Counted from the stretch's first letter, positions 21,427 through 31,960 are shown. The stretch: 47,136 nt of DNA from Hydrogenovibrio sp. UBA654 (GCA_002299585.1 DBOE01000088.1:1-47136); one strand, 5' to 3'. The notes: a model not told the origin generated them from the sequence alone. Numbers and translations are program-made.

Positions 21427-22704
21427 TTGAATAGTCTCTCATTATCCGTTCTATTTTCCCTTTTAATTTTAATGCTTATCTTGTCTGCTCTCTTTTCTAG
21501 CTCAGAAACAGGCATGATGGCAATAAATAAATACCGCTTAAAACATAAAGCTAATGAAGGTAATAAAGGTGCTATTAAGGTATTAAAACTTCTAGAAAGC
21601 CCTGATAGATTGCTAGGTGTAATTTTACTTGGTAATAATTTTGTTAATATTTTTGCCTCTTCTATAGCAACCGTTATTGCGATAGAATTAATGGGAGAAG
21701 CGGGTATTGCTCTTGCCGCTGGTCTGCTTACCCTAACGGTATTAATTTTTTCAGAGGTAGCTCCTAAAACTTTAGCGGCACTATACCCCGAAAGAGTTGC
21801 CTACCCTGCTGCTTATATCCTTGAACCTTTATTAAAAATATTATCACCAATTATTTGGTTTGTTAATTTTTTTGCCAATTCAATACTCGCCATTTTTGGT
21901 ATTAAGGTAAAAGATCAAACTAATGATGAGCATTCTTTAAGCCACGAAGAACTAGCAACCTTAATTAAAGAAGCTACAGGTAAACTACCTAAACAATACC
22001 GCTCTATGCTAACAGGCATAATGCAGCTAGAAAGAACTAGTGTTGAAGATGTAATGATCCCTAAACAAGATATTTATGGTATTGATGTTAACTTATCAAT
22101 CGAAAAAATTACTAAGCTCATTATTAAGTCTCCATTTACACGAATTCCTGTATATAGATCTAGTATTGATGATGAGCTAATCGGCATAATTAATCTTAAA
22201 AGAATATTAGGAGTAATTAGCAATGGTGAACTTAGTTTAAAAGATATTGTAAAGCTTGCTCGCCCTGGGTATTTTATCCCTGAAACAACAACTTTAAATA
22301 CTCAACTTAATAATTTTAACCATAATAAAAGAAAAATGGGTTTAATCGTTGATGAATATGGTAATTTGCAAGGGTTATTAACCATGGAAGATTTACTAGA
22401 GGAAATTGTTGGTAACCTAAATACAGATACTAGAACAAAATCAACCATTGATGCTTACCGAGAAAAAGAAGGATCCATTTTATCAGACGCTACTGAATTT
22501 ATCCGTGATATAAATCGTACATTTGAAGTAGAACTACCGACAAATGGCCCTAAAACTTTAAATGGATTAATTCAAGAAACCATGGAAACTTTACCAAATT
22601 TAGGAACTTGCATTAAAATTGATAATTACTGCCTTGAAGTAACTAAAATCTCTAAACACCAAATAGAACAAGTAAAAATAACAATCATAAAAAACCTAGA
22701 GTAA
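21427..22704 (+). CDS. HlyC/CorC (CNNM-CBS) family transporter, YfjD-like
   Basis: FSSSETG, LLGNNFVNI, FSEVAPKTLA, CBS pair (VDEYG..GLLTMEDLLEEIVG). Confidence 0.92.
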   Translation: MNSLSLSVLFSLLILMLILSALFSSSETGMMAINKYRLKHKANEGNKGAIKVLKLLESPDRLLGVILLGNNFVNIFASSIATVIAIELMGEAGIALAAGLLTLTVLIFSEVAPKTLAALYPERVAYPAAYILEPLLKILSPIIWFVNFFANSILAIFGIKVKDQTNDEHSLSHEELATLIKEATGKLPKQYRSMLTGIMQLERTSVEDVMIPKQDIYGIDVNLSIEKITKLIIKSPFTRIPVYRSSIDDELIGIINLKRILGVISNGELSLKDIVKLARPGYFIPETTTLNTQLNNFNHNKRKMGLIVDEYGNLQGLLTMEDLLEEIVGNLNTDTRTKSTIDAYREKEGSILSDATEFIRDINRTFEVELPTNGPKTLNGLIQETMETLPNLGTCIKIDNYCLEVTKISKHQIEQVKITIIKNLE

Positions 22705-22713
22705 TAACAATAA

Positions 22714-23514
22714 ATGTTTACCCAAGAAGATGAGTGGCAAAAATTAAAAAATGGTATAAAAAATCTAGCACTTATAGAAGTCCTTAGTAGATTCAACAAA
22801 ATCGGCTATGAAACAAAGTCAGACGGCAGCTTATTAACCGCAGCAGATACACAAATGCAGTTTGCTTGCCACAAGTTTTTAACCAATAACTGGCCACAAT
22901 TTTCTTTCTTAGGTGAGGAATCAACCACTCAACAACAAATAAAAGCATTAGATTCAACTAGTGGTTGTTGGATACTTGATCCGGTTGATGGCACTAGCAA
23001 CTTTGCTAGTGGTATCCCTATCTTCACAGTTTCTCTTGCTTTAATTGTTAATAAAAAAATTGTTGCAGGTTTAGTTTATGATCCAAACCAAGATGAAATG
23101 TTTGCTGCAAGAATAAATTTAGGTGCCGAGTTAAATAATCAACCTTTAATCTCTAAAACCACTAAAGAAAAACTTAGCCAATGTACAGCTATAGTCGATT
23201 TTAAAAGATTACCCTACTCTTTGTCTAACGCTATAATCAGCAAATCACCTTTCGCTTCACAAAGAAGCATAGGTTCTGTGGCTTTAGACTGGTGCTGGAT
23301 AGCAGCAGGTCGTGGGCAATTATATTGTCATGGAGCCCAAAATCTTTGGGACTATGCTGCTGGATACTTAATATTAACAGAGACTGGCGGACATAACTAT
23401 ACCTTTACTAAGGAAGATGTAATGTTGGCAAAAATAATAAAGCGTTCTGTGATTGCTGCCACTAATAAAAACTTATTTAAACTTTGGCAAGATTATATCT
23501 TTAAAAATCTATAG
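22714..23514 (+). CDS. Inositol monophosphatase family protein
   Basis: LTAAD, GEE, WILDPVDGTSNF, WDYAAG. Confidence 0.9.
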   Translation: MFTQEDEWQKLKNGIKNLALIEVLSRFNKIGYETKSDGSLLTAADTQMQFACHKFLTNNWPQFSFLGEESTTQQQIKALDSTSGCWILDPVDGTSNFASGIPIFTVSLALIVNKKIVAGLVYDPNQDEMFAARINLGAELNNQPLISKTTKEKLSQCTAIVDFKRLPYSLSNAIISKSPFASQRSIGSVALDWCWIAAGRGQLYCHGAQNLWDYAAGYLILTETGGHNYTFTKEDVMLAKIIKRSVIAATNKNLFKLWQDYIFKNL

Positions 23515-23536
23515 CTTCCAATAATATCCCTAAAAA

Positions 23537-24901
23537 TTACATAAACTCTAAAGCCTGCTGTAGGCTTGTTACTGGATATATTTCCATTCCAGAAATGCCT
23601 CCTTTTGGCATATTTGCTTGTGGAATAATTGCCTTTTTAAAGCCATGTTTTACCGCTTCAAAAAGCCTTTCTTGACCGCTGAGAACTGGCCGTATTTCTC
23701 CTGCTAAACCCACTTCACCAAAAATAATTAGCTCTTGGGATAAGGGCTTGTTATGTAAACTTGACATAACCGCAGCTAATACCGCTAAGTCTGCACTTGT
23801 TTCATTAACTTTTACCCCACCTACTACATTTACATACACATCTTGATCTGAAACCTGGATACCAGCATGTCTATGTAAAACAGCTAGTAACATTGCTATA
23901 CGATTATTATCTAAACCGACAGTTACTCTTTTAGGAGCTCCATAGGGAGATTCATCAACCAGTGCTTGTATTTCTACTAATAATGGGCGCGAGCCTTCCC
24001 AAACAACCATTACTATCGAACCTGATGAAACTTCATCGCCTCTTGATAAAAAAATTGCCGAAGGGTTCTTTATCTGCTTCATTCCTTTATCAGTCATGGC
24101 AAAAACACCTAATTCATTAACCGCTCCAAAGCGATTTTTAATAGCACGAAGAGTTCTAAAACGACTATCAGAATTTCCTTCTAAAAATATTACCGTATCA
24201 ACTATATGCTCTAAAACTCTTGGTCCTGCTACTTCTCCAGATTTAGTTACATGTCCTACTAAAAATATCATTACATTATTTTGTTTAGCATACCGAGTAA
24301 TAAAGGCAGCCGTTTCTCTAACTTGCGATACTCCACCAGCTGCTCCAGATATTTCAGCTAGTTGCATAGTTTGAATTGAATCTATAACCATTATTTTAGG
24401 CTTTTCATTTTCAGCAGCAACTATGATTGCTTCCACATCTGTTTCAGCTAACAACTTTATTGAACTAACATGTAAATCCATTCTTTTTGCACGCATTGCC
24501 ACTTGCTGCAAGGACTCTTCCCCCGTTACATATAATACTGGGTAGGTCTCACTTAATTCACATGAAATTTGCAGCAATATTGATGATTTACCAACTCCAG
24601 GATCACCACCAATAAGCACAACTGAACCAGGAACTATTCCACCACCTAAAACCCGATCAAATTCTTGTTGTTTAGAAATAATCCTCGATACTTCGGATAG
24701 TTCAATATCATTTATTAATAGTGCTTTATTGCGAACCTCTCCAGCATATCCAGTAGTAACTTGTTTTCTAATACTGGCTGATAAAATTTTAAATTCTTTA
24801 AGTACATTCCACTCATGGCAAACTTTACATTGCCCTTGCCATTGATTATATTCAGCTCCACATTGAGTACACACAAAAGAGGTTTTTATTTTTTTTGCCA
24901 T
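23537..24901 (-). CDS. radA: DNA repair protein RadA/Sms
   Basis: C4 zinc finger, GGDPGVGKS, KNRFG, Lon-like C-terminus. Confidence 0.98.
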   Translation of the reverse strand: MAKKIKTSFVCTQCGAEYNQWQGQCKVCHEWNVLKEFKILSASIRKQVTTGYAGEVRNKALLINDIELSEVSRIISKQQEFDRVLGGGIVPGSVVLIGGDPGVGKSSILLQISCELSETYPVLYVTGEESLQQVAMRAKRMDLHVSSIKLLAETDVEAIIVAAENEKPKIMVIDSIQTMQLAEISGAAGGVSQVRETAAFITRYAKQNNVMIFLVGHVTKSGEVAGPRVLEHIVDTVIFLEGNSDSRFRTLRAIKNRFGAVNELGVFAMTDKGMKQIKNPSAIFLSRGDEVSSGSIVMVVWEGSRPLLVEIQALVDESPYGAPKRVTVGLDNNRIAMLLAVLHRHAGIQVSDQDVYVNVVGGVKVNETSADLAVLAAVMSSLHNKPLSQELIIFGEVGLAGEIRPVLSGQERLFEAVKHGFKKAIIPQANMPKGGISGMEIYPVTSLQQALEFM

Positions 24902-24938
24902 TATTAATCCCTAATGATTAGAAGTTAAAATTATAAAC

Positions 24939-24968
24939 AAAAAAGCCACTTTTTAAAGTGGCTTTTTT
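24939..24968 (-). terminator. Rho-independent terminator downstream of petC
   Basis: AAAAAAGCCACTTT-TT-AAAGTGGCTTTTTT perfect inverted repeat. Confidence 0.85.
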
Positions 24969-24991
24969 GTAATAAAATCATACTGTCTTAA

Positions 24992-25147
24992 GGAGACTTT
25001 GATTAAGTAGGGTTAGAATTAAACTGAGAAAAAAGTGTCGCTATTTTTGCTGAAGTGAGGCGTAATAGCTAGCCATTGCAACGAACTGCAGTAAAAATAT
25101 CGGCTCTTTTTGCCAGCATAAAATAATCATACTTGTTCAGAGGCTCC
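24992..25147. mobile_element. MITE, long form (156 bp), IS5-like ends
   Basis: GGAGACTTTGATTAAGTA ... TACTTGTTCAGAGGCTCC with TTAA on both flanks; the right TTAA contains the petC stop codon. Internal CGTAATAGCTAGCCATTGC core. Confidence 0.85.
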
Positions 25148-25807
25148 TTAATGCTTTATGTCTTTCCAATATTCTCTTTTAAGTAAATAAACAAGAATAA
25201 ACAAAATAAATAAGAATAACATTACTTTCCAACCTAAATGTTGGCGTTTTAGTTTAGCTGGTTCTCCAACGTATTCTAAAAAATTTACTATATTTCTTAC
25301 ATCTTCATCATACTTTTCTAAACTAGCTTCATCTTTTGGCTTAGGCATTATATTTGGCATTGCAACACCCAGAAAAACTCTGTTATCCCACTTTCCTGTA
25401 GTAGTATTTAACTCAAAAGATCTGAGAAAAGAAAAAATATAATCTGTACCTTTTAGCCTTGAAATAAGAGATAGGTCTGGTATTTTGGTACCAAAAGCAG
25501 CCTGTGCCACTGTTTCTGACATAGAACCAATTATATTATCGACTACCTTATTATTCACTTTACCTAATTTTTTGAGAACTTCCTCATCTGTCCAGCCTAA
25601 ATCTCTGGCAACACGATTGTAGCGCATATATTTTACAGAGTGGCAAGACATACACCTAGTAGCAAATAAGATAGCTCCCTTTTGCAAGGAAGTTTTATCA
25701 CTCAAAATATTATTAGCCCGCTCTAAGTGAACAGAACCACTTGCCACAGCCATTACATGGTTAAAAATTAAAAACAAAGCCACTATTACAATATTATATT
25801 TTTTCAT
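25148..25807 (-). CDS. petC: Cytochrome c1
   Basis: Signal peptide, CMSCH heme motif, PDLSL, AMP ligand, LEYVGEP and a C-terminal TM helix; reading frame intact. Confidence 0.93.
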   Translation of the reverse strand: MKKYNIVIVALFLIFNHVMAVASGSVHLERANNILSDKTSLQKGAILFATRCMSCHSVKYMRYNRVARDLGWTDEEVLKKLGKVNNKVVDNIIGSMSETVAQAAFGTKIPDLSLISRLKGTDYIFSFLRSFELNTTTGKWDNRVFLGVAMPNIMPKPKDEASLEKYDEDVRNIVNFLEYVGEPAKLKRQHLGWKVMLFLFILFILVYLLKREYWKDIKH

Positions 25808-27032
25808 TAAGTAACTCTCTCAGGAACTGGCTTAGTTTTTTCTCTTGCTGATGTAAAGGGCAAAATAACAAAAAATAAAAAATAAATAGCCGTAAATACT
25901 CTTGCTAGCTGAGTTAATTCAGTAGTTGCAGGCTGTGTTCCTAACCAGCCTAAAACAATGAAACTAATAACAAATATAGCCAATAAAATTTTAAACGACA
26001 AGCCTCTATAGCGAATTGATTTTACCTTACATCTATCTAACCAAGGCATTGCAAATAAAACTGCAATAGCACCACCCATAGCTAGTACACCAGTTAATTT
26101 ATCTGGTATTGCCCTTAAAATTGCATAAAAAGGAGTAAAGTACCAGACAGGTGCTATATGATCAGGAGTTTTTAACGGATTAGCTGGTTCAAAGTTCGCA
26201 GCTTCAAGGAAGTACCCCCCCCCCTTCTGGCACATAAAACACCACAAATGAGAATAAAAATAAAAACACCACAATTCCAACAGCATCTTTCATTGTATAG
26301 TAGGGGTGAAAATGAATGCCATCAAGAGGCAAGCCTTCTTCATTTTTGTATTTTTTAATTTCTACACCATCAGGATTATTTGAACCAACTTGATGCAGTG
26401 CGACTATGTGCATAAAGATTAAAACAACCAAAACTAAAGGTAAAGCTATAACATGTAAAGCAAAAAATCTATTTAGAGTAACATCGGAAATCACATAATC
26501 TCCCTTTACCCATATAGCCAAATCAGGGCCTAAAACTGGGATAGCTCCAAACAACGAAATAATAACTTGAGCACCCCAAAAGGACATTTGTCCCCAGGGT
26601 AATAAATATCCCATAAAAGCTTCTGCCATAAGTACAAGAAATAGTAACATTCCTATTATCCACACTAATTCTCGTGGCTCTTTATAAGAACCATAAAGTA
26701 GCCCTCGCATCATATATGACTATAAAAAATGCAGATGCTCCTGTAGAATGTAAATACCTAATTAACCAACCCCACTCTACATCTCGCATAATGTATTTAA
26801 TAGAGTTGAATGCTTCTGCTGCACTAGGCTTATAATTCATGGTTAACCAAATACCCGTTACTAGCTGATTTACGAAAACTAATAATGCGATTGAGCCAAA
26901 AAGGTACCAAAGATTAAAGTTTTTAGGAGCATAATACTCCCCTACATGATAGTTCCAGGTATTAATTAAGGGATAGCGTTTATCTAACCATCCTAGTAGA
27001 CCCGTTGCTATAGGTGTTGTTTTGACTTCCAT
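25807..27032 (-). pseudogene. petB: Cytochrome b, split in three by two frameshifts
   Basis: RYLHSTGASAFF, GYLLPWGQMSFWG, RFFALH and HIAPVWY fall in successive shifted ORFs. Breaks are at about 26713 (about 8-nt deletion) and 26215-26224 (G10, one extra G). Confidence 0.85.
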
Positions 27033-27641
27033 TAAACAATACCTTCTTTTGGATTCTCACCAATCCTAATCATAGTCTCTGATAAATAATTATAAGGAGG
27101 TATTTCTAAGTTTATAGGTGCAGGAACTCCTTTAAAAACTCGCCCAGCTAAATCAAAAGATGAACCATGACATGGGCAGTAAAACCCCCCCTTTCCAGTT
27201 TTTAGCCATATCTGCAGAATTAACTGACGGTCGATATAAAGGTGCACATCCCAAATGGGTACATACACCAATAACTACCAAATATTCTGGCTTGAATGAT
27301 CTAAATTTATTTTTAGCAAACTTAGGTTGTGCAGATGATTCGGACTCAAAGTCCCTTAATTCTTCTTTTAATTCATTAAGCATCGATAGCATTTCTGGAG
27401 TTCTACGAATAATCCAAACAGGCTTGCCACGCCATGCAATAGTTAACATTTGCCCTAGTTGCATTTTACTTATATTAACATCAACTGGTGCTCCAGCCGC
27501 TTTTACCTTTTCACTTGGTTGCCAATATCCAACAAAAGGTACAGCAACAAATGTTGCACCTATGGCTCCCATAACCCCCGTAGCACCTGTTAATAACTTG
27601 CGACGATCTATATTGACTTCATAACGTTCTACACTTGACAT
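27032..27641 (-). pseudogene. petA: Rieske Fe-S subunit, frameshifted between its two cluster-binding boxes
   Basis: Tat signal RRKLL and CTHLGC are in one frame, and CPCHGS is in another. The G7 run at 27185-27191 needs six G to read GGFY. Confidence 0.8.
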
Positions 27642-27711
27642 ATTAATTCTACTCACCAATTCTAATTTTCATTATCATAGTAATAAATACTAGTATATAA
27701 AAATAAACGAC

Positions 27712-27770
27712 TTAATAACTGCCAATTATTTATGGCAACACTATCCTACAAGACTTAAATCAGAAACTCC
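27712..27770. repeat. Degenerate MITE-family remnants upstream of petA
   Basis: 27712-27731 is the exact reverse complement of 41553-41572. 27758-27770 (reverse complement GGAGTTTCTGATT) resembles the family TIR. Confidence 0.6.
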
Positions 27771-27794
27771 TCAGAATTATTATATCAAAAATAT

Positions 27795-27851
27795 GGATGC
27801 TTAATAAATCAACACTTTTTATATGAGTAATAAATTGTTTTATAAGCATCC
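27795..27851. repeat. 57-bp inverted-repeat element (possible second mini-MITE)
   Basis: GGATGCTTA ... TAAGCATCC followed by TTAA. Confidence 0.45.
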
Positions 27852-27943
27852 TTAATGCATTACTATAAATAATGTAGTAGTGTAGTAGTGTACAGAGTGA
27901 GCTTTCAGCAAATTTTATTTTGGTTGTTAAGTGCCTCCTAAAG

Positions 27944-28687
27944 CTATACTGGGTTTAAAATATTTATAAAAGTTACATCCAAAGAAAACTGTTCTTGTAG
28001 ATGATTGCCTAATGATTTTACCCCTAAACATTCTGTAGCATGATGTCCTGCAGATAAATAATGAATTTTTGACTCTAGGGCTATATGAGTTGTTGGCTCA
28101 GATACTTCACCACTTATATAAACATCTGCCCCTAAATTAACGGCTTGTTCAATATAGCCTTGTGCTCCCCCACTGCACCAAGCAATAGTTTTTACCATAT
28201 TTTTACCACCTGGTAAATGTAGAGATTTTCTATTTAAAGTTTTATCAACTAGTTTCTTAAAGTCAGCAAAATTTGTGTCTTGTGTTAATTGCCCTATTCT
28301 TAGCAAACTATTTTGCTGTTCTGTAGTGTCCTGTATTCCCCAAAGCCTAGCTAATTGAGCATTATTGCCAAACTCAGCATGCCCATCTAATGGAAGATGA
28401 TAGGCAATTAAATTTATATTATTTGCTAATAAAGCTTTGATTCTTCTTTGTTTTATCCCTGTTATTACTGGCGATTCATTTTTCCAAAAATATCCATGAT
28501 GAACTAAAATGGCATCGGCATCTACAGCAATCGCTTGTTCGATTAATGCTTGCGAGGCACTTACCCCTGTAACTATTTTGTTTATTTCAGCTATACCAGA
28601 TACTTGCAAGCCATTAGGGGCATAATCTTTATAGTTAGATACATTTAGTAAATTATCTAAATAGTTAATTAATTTATCAATATTCAT
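27944..28687 (-). CDS. Nif3-like dinuclear metal centre protein (YbgI family)
   Basis: DYAPNGLQV, VHHGYFW, AYHLPLD.H...GNN, AGHHATE. Confidence 0.95.
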   Translation of the reverse strand: MNIDKLINYLDNLLNVSNYKDYAPNGLQVSGIAEINKIVTGVSASQALIEQAIAVDADAILVHHGYFWKNESPVITGIKQRRIKALLANNINLIAYHLPLDGHAEFGNNAQLARLWGIQDTTEQQNSLLRIGQLTQDTNFADFKKLVDKTLNRKSLHLPGGKNMVKTIAWCSGGAQGYIEQAVNLGADVYISGEVSEPTTHIALESKIHYLSAGHHATECLGVKSLGNHLQEQFSLDVTFINILNPV

Positions 28688-28713
28688 TGGCTAGAAAGTC
28701 CTAAACAACTAAA

Positions 28714-30015
28714 TTATTTTTTAATTCTATACCTTGCTGAAACAGCATGAGCTTGTAATCCTTCGCCGTCAGCAAGAACTCCTGCAACCTTACCTAGAGT
28801 ATTTGCGCCATCTTCTGAACACATAATTAAACTAGAGCGTTTTTGGAAGTCATAAACCCCCAAAGGAGAGGAAAACCTTGCCGTTCTGGAAGTTGGTAAG
28901 ACATGATTTGGCCCAGCACAATAATCACCTATTGCTTCGGCAGTAAAACGCCCCATAAAAATAGCCCCCGCATGACGTATTTTTGGTAGTAAAGCTTCTG
29001 GATCTGCTATTGAGAGTTCTAGGTGTTCTGGAGAAATATAATTAATAATATCAACCGCTTGCTTTTCGTCTTCTACTAATATAATTGCCCCCCTATTCTG
29101 TATAGACTTAGTAATTATTACTTTTCTAGGCATGGTTTCAATTAATTTATTCATACTATTTTGTACTTTTTTTACAAACTCGGGATTAGTGGTTACTAAA
29201 ATAGACTGGGCATTTTCATCATGCTCTGCTTGTGAAAATAAATCTGCAGCAATCCAATCAGGGTTAGTTTTTCCATCACAATAAACTAAAATTTCTGACG
29301 GCCCTGCAATCATGTCTATACCAACAATGCCAAAAACTTCTCTTTTAGCCATGGATACATAAATATTGCCAGGACCAACAATTTTATCTACCTGTGGAAT
29401 GCTTTGCGTGCCATAAGCCAAGGCAGCTATCGCTTGTGCTCCACCTAAAGTAAATACTTTATCAACTTCACAGATATAAGCTGCGGCAAGAACCATATCA
29501 TTTACTTCACCGTTAGGAGTAGGAACAACCATTATTAATTCTTCTACCCCTGCCACTTTTGCTGGTATAGCATTCATAATTACCGAAGATGGGTAAGACG
29601 CCTTACCCCCTGGCACATACATGCCAACTTTATCTAGAGGAGTTATTTGTTGCCCTAACATGGTTCCGTCATCTTCTTTAAAACGCCAAGATTCCGTAAC
29701 TTGCTTTTCATGATACGAGCGAACTCTGTCTGCGGATAAAATCAATGCTTCTCGTTGAATACTTGGTATTTTAGCAAAAGCATTTTTTAACTCACTCGCA
29801 GGTATTTCTAATTTTGTGGCTGAATTTAGCTTTAAATTATCAAACCTTTCACTATATTCTAAAAGAGCCTCATCACCATTTTGACGAACATTTTTAATTA
29901 TATTTTTCACTATACTATTAACTTGTTCGTTAGCTACTGTATCCCAAGCAAGAAGATGTTCTAATTCTGTTTTAAATGATTTGTCTGTAATTAATAATTT
30001 TTTTATGTTTAACAC
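28714..30015 (-). CDS. hisD: Histidinol dehydrogenase
   Basis: [40 protein letters not shown]. Confidence 0.98.
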   Translation of the reverse strand: MLNIKKLLITDKSFKTELEHLLAWDTVANEQVNSIVKNIIKNVRQNGDEALLEYSERFDNLKLNSATKLEIPASELKNAFAKIPSIQREALILSADRVRSYHEKQVTESWRFKEDDGTMLGQQITPLDKVGMYVPGGKASYPSSVIMNAIPAKVAGVEELIMVVPTPNGEVNDMVLAAAYICEVDKVFTLGGAQAIAALAYGTQSIPQVDKIVGPGNIYVSMAKREVFGIVGIDMIAGPSEILVYCDGKTNPDWIAADLFSQAEHDENAQSILVTTNPEFVKKVQNSMNKLIETMPRKVIITKSIQNRGAIILVEDEKQAVDIINYISPEHLELSIADPEALLPKIRHAGAIFMGRFTAEAIGDYCAGPNHVLPTSRTARFSSPLGVYDFQKRSSLIMCSEDGANTLGKVAGVLADGEGLQAHAVSARYRIKK

Positions 30016-30036
30016 TAGAGAACCAATCCTTAATAA

Positions 30037-30669
30037 CTACTTATAAATAGCCGTTTTAAATTTTTCAACTATCTCATTAATCTGTGAAAATTTTGTTTTA
30101 TATGCGTGTTCATTAACTATTAAGCGAGAACTAATATCAGCAATATGCTCTTCTGCTACTAAACCATTAGCTTTTAAGGTATTACCTGTATCAACTAAAT
30201 CAACTATTTTATCTGCTAAGCCAATTAATGGTGCTATTTCCATTGAACCATAGAGTTTTATTAAATCAACCTGCTGTCCTCTTGAAGCATAATACTCCCT
30301 TGCTGACTTTATATATTTAGTAGCTACTTTAAGCTGATGTCCAGCAGGTTTTGGTACTTTGGTCCCTGCAATCATCAGCTTACATTTTGCTATTTGTAAA
30401 TCTAACAATTCATACAGATTATCTGTAGCAGACTCCATTAAAACATCTTTACCTGCCACACCAATATCTGCTGCTCCATGAGAAACATAGGTTGGTGCAT
30501 CGGTTGCTCTTACAATTAATAATCTAACATGTTTATGATTGGTTGCAATAATTAGCTTTCTACATTTACTAGGATCTTCTAAGGGTTCAATGCCTGCAGC
30601 GGCTAACAAAGGCAAAGTGTCTTTGTAAATGCGTCCTTTTGAAAGAGCTATTATTATCTGTTCTGCCAT
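30037..30669 (-). CDS. hisG: ATP phosphoribosyltransferase, short form (HisZ-dependent)
   Basis: [29 protein letters not shown]; about 210 aa, lacking the regulatory domain; ATG at 30669. Confidence 0.95.
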   Translation of the reverse strand: MAEQIIIALSKGRIYKDTLPLLAAAGIEPLEDPSKCRKLIIATNHKHVRLLIVRATDAPTYVSHGAADIGVAGKDVLMESATDNLYELLDLQIAKCKLMIAGTKVPKPAGHQLKVATKYIKSAREYYASRGQQVDLIKLYGSMEIAPLIGLADKIVDLVDTGNTLKANGLVAEEHIADISSRLIVNEHAYKTKFSQINEIVEKFKTAIYK

Positions 30670-30700
30670 AATATATTTATCTATCCTCTGTACTATAATC

Positions 30701-31957
30701 TTAGTTGGTTCTATGAATATCAACACCTAGCTTATGAAATTTTTCTTCTATTAATTCATAACCTCTATCAATATGGTAAATTCGGTTTATTTCTGTTTCA
30801 CCCTCAGCAACTAATGAGGCTAAAATTAAACTAGCAGAAGCTCTTAAGTCTGTCGCCATTACAGGAGCTGCTACTAACTTATCAACACCTTTAATTTTAG
30901 CAATATTCCCCTCAAGATAAATATCCGCTCCCATTCTAATCAGCTCAGAAACATGCATAAAGCGGTTTTCAAAAATATTTTCCGCCACGGATGAACTGCC
31001 ATCTGCAATAGAGTTCATAACCATAAGCTGGGCTTGCATATCGGTAGGAAAATAAGGATAAGGTGCTGTAGATATATCAACAGGAAGTAGCTTTTTACCA
31101 ACCATGTCTAAGGTAATATTACTCCCATCAACGGTAATTTCAGCCCCTGCTGCTCTTAACTTTTTTAGAACAGATGTTAGGTGGCTAGCATCTGCATTAT
31201 TAATTGTAATTTTACTGCCAGTTAAAGCCGCAGCTGCTAAATAAGTTCCTGCTTCAATTCTATCCGGTATAATCGTATATTTAACACCAGTTAGAGATTT
31301 AACTCCGTCAATAATTAAAGTATCTGTTCCTATACCTAATATTTTTGCCCCCATAGCATTTAAAAAACAAGCTAAGTCGGTTACTTCTGGTTCTATAGCA
31401 GAATTGCGTAAAACCGTCTGCCCCTCTGCTAACACTGCTGCCATCATTAAATTTTCGGTACCCGTTACAGTTACTAACTCCATAGTAATATCCGCACCAA
31501 TTAATTTTTTGGCTGAGGCAATAATATAACCTTTTTCTATTCGTATATCAGCCCCCATTTGCTGCATACCTTTAATATGAATATCTACTGGCCTTGAACC
31601 TATAGCACAGCCACCAGGCAAGGACACTTTTGCTTCACCATATTTTGATAATAAAGGTCCTAGAACAAGAATAGATGCACGCATAGTTTTTACTAATTCA
31701 TAAGGAGCTTCTTTTGAAGTTAATCCTGCTGAATAAAGCTCTATATTGAGCTTTTCGTCAAACAAAACATCTACCCCCATTGAAGCCAATAGTTGAATAG
31801 TTGTGGTAACATCTTTTAAATGCGGAACATTAGATAAGGTAACTTTTGTTTCTGCCATAAAGCACGCCATTAAAATAGGCAAAGCCGCATTTTTGGATCC
31901 AGATATAGTTACATTACCAGTAAGCTGGCAAGGACCATTTATTACTAATTTATCCAT
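30701..31957 (-). CDS. murA: UDP-N-acetylglucosamine 1-carboxyvinyltransferase
   Basis: [31 protein letters not shown]. Confidence 0.98.
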   Translation of the reverse strand: MDKLVINGPCQLTGNVTISGSKNAALPILMACFMAETKVTLSNVPHLKDVTTTIQLLASMGVDVLFDEKLNIELYSAGLTSKEAPYELVKTMRASILVLGPLLSKYGEAKVSLPGGCAIGSRPVDIHIKGMQQMGADIRIEKGYIIASAKKLIGADITMELVTVTGTENLMMAAVLAEGQTVLRNSAIEPEVTDLACFLNAMGAKILGIGTDTLIIDGVKSLTGVKYTIIPDRIEAGTYLAAAALTGSKITINNADASHLTSVLKKLRAAGAEITVDGSNITLDMVGKKLLPVDISTAPYPYFPTDMQAQLMVMNSIADGSSSVAENIFENRFMHVSELIRMGADIYLEGNIAKIKGVDKLVAAPVMATDLRASASLILASLVAEGETEINRIYHIDRGYELIEEKFHKLGVDIHRTN

Positions 31958-31960
31958 AAA

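Noticed and set aside
24981-24991. TACTGTCTTAA beside the petC MITE is the reverse complement of TTAAGACAGTA (41581-41591) beside the mgtE element
   Set aside because: Only 11 bp, four of which are the TTAA target. It may be an extended target preference but cannot be supported from two cases.
27185-27191. Programmed ribosomal frameshifting as the explanation for split petA/petB
   Set aside because: It could not restore the deleted His codon in petB, and three recoding events in one operon are implausible. Transcriptional slippage at the G runs is not excluded.
27900-27932. ACTTAAC-AACCAAAATAAAA on the minus strand after nif3, resembling an attC R'' start
   Set aside because: No matching GTTRRRY arm or long hairpin follows, and the 7-mer is expected by chance.
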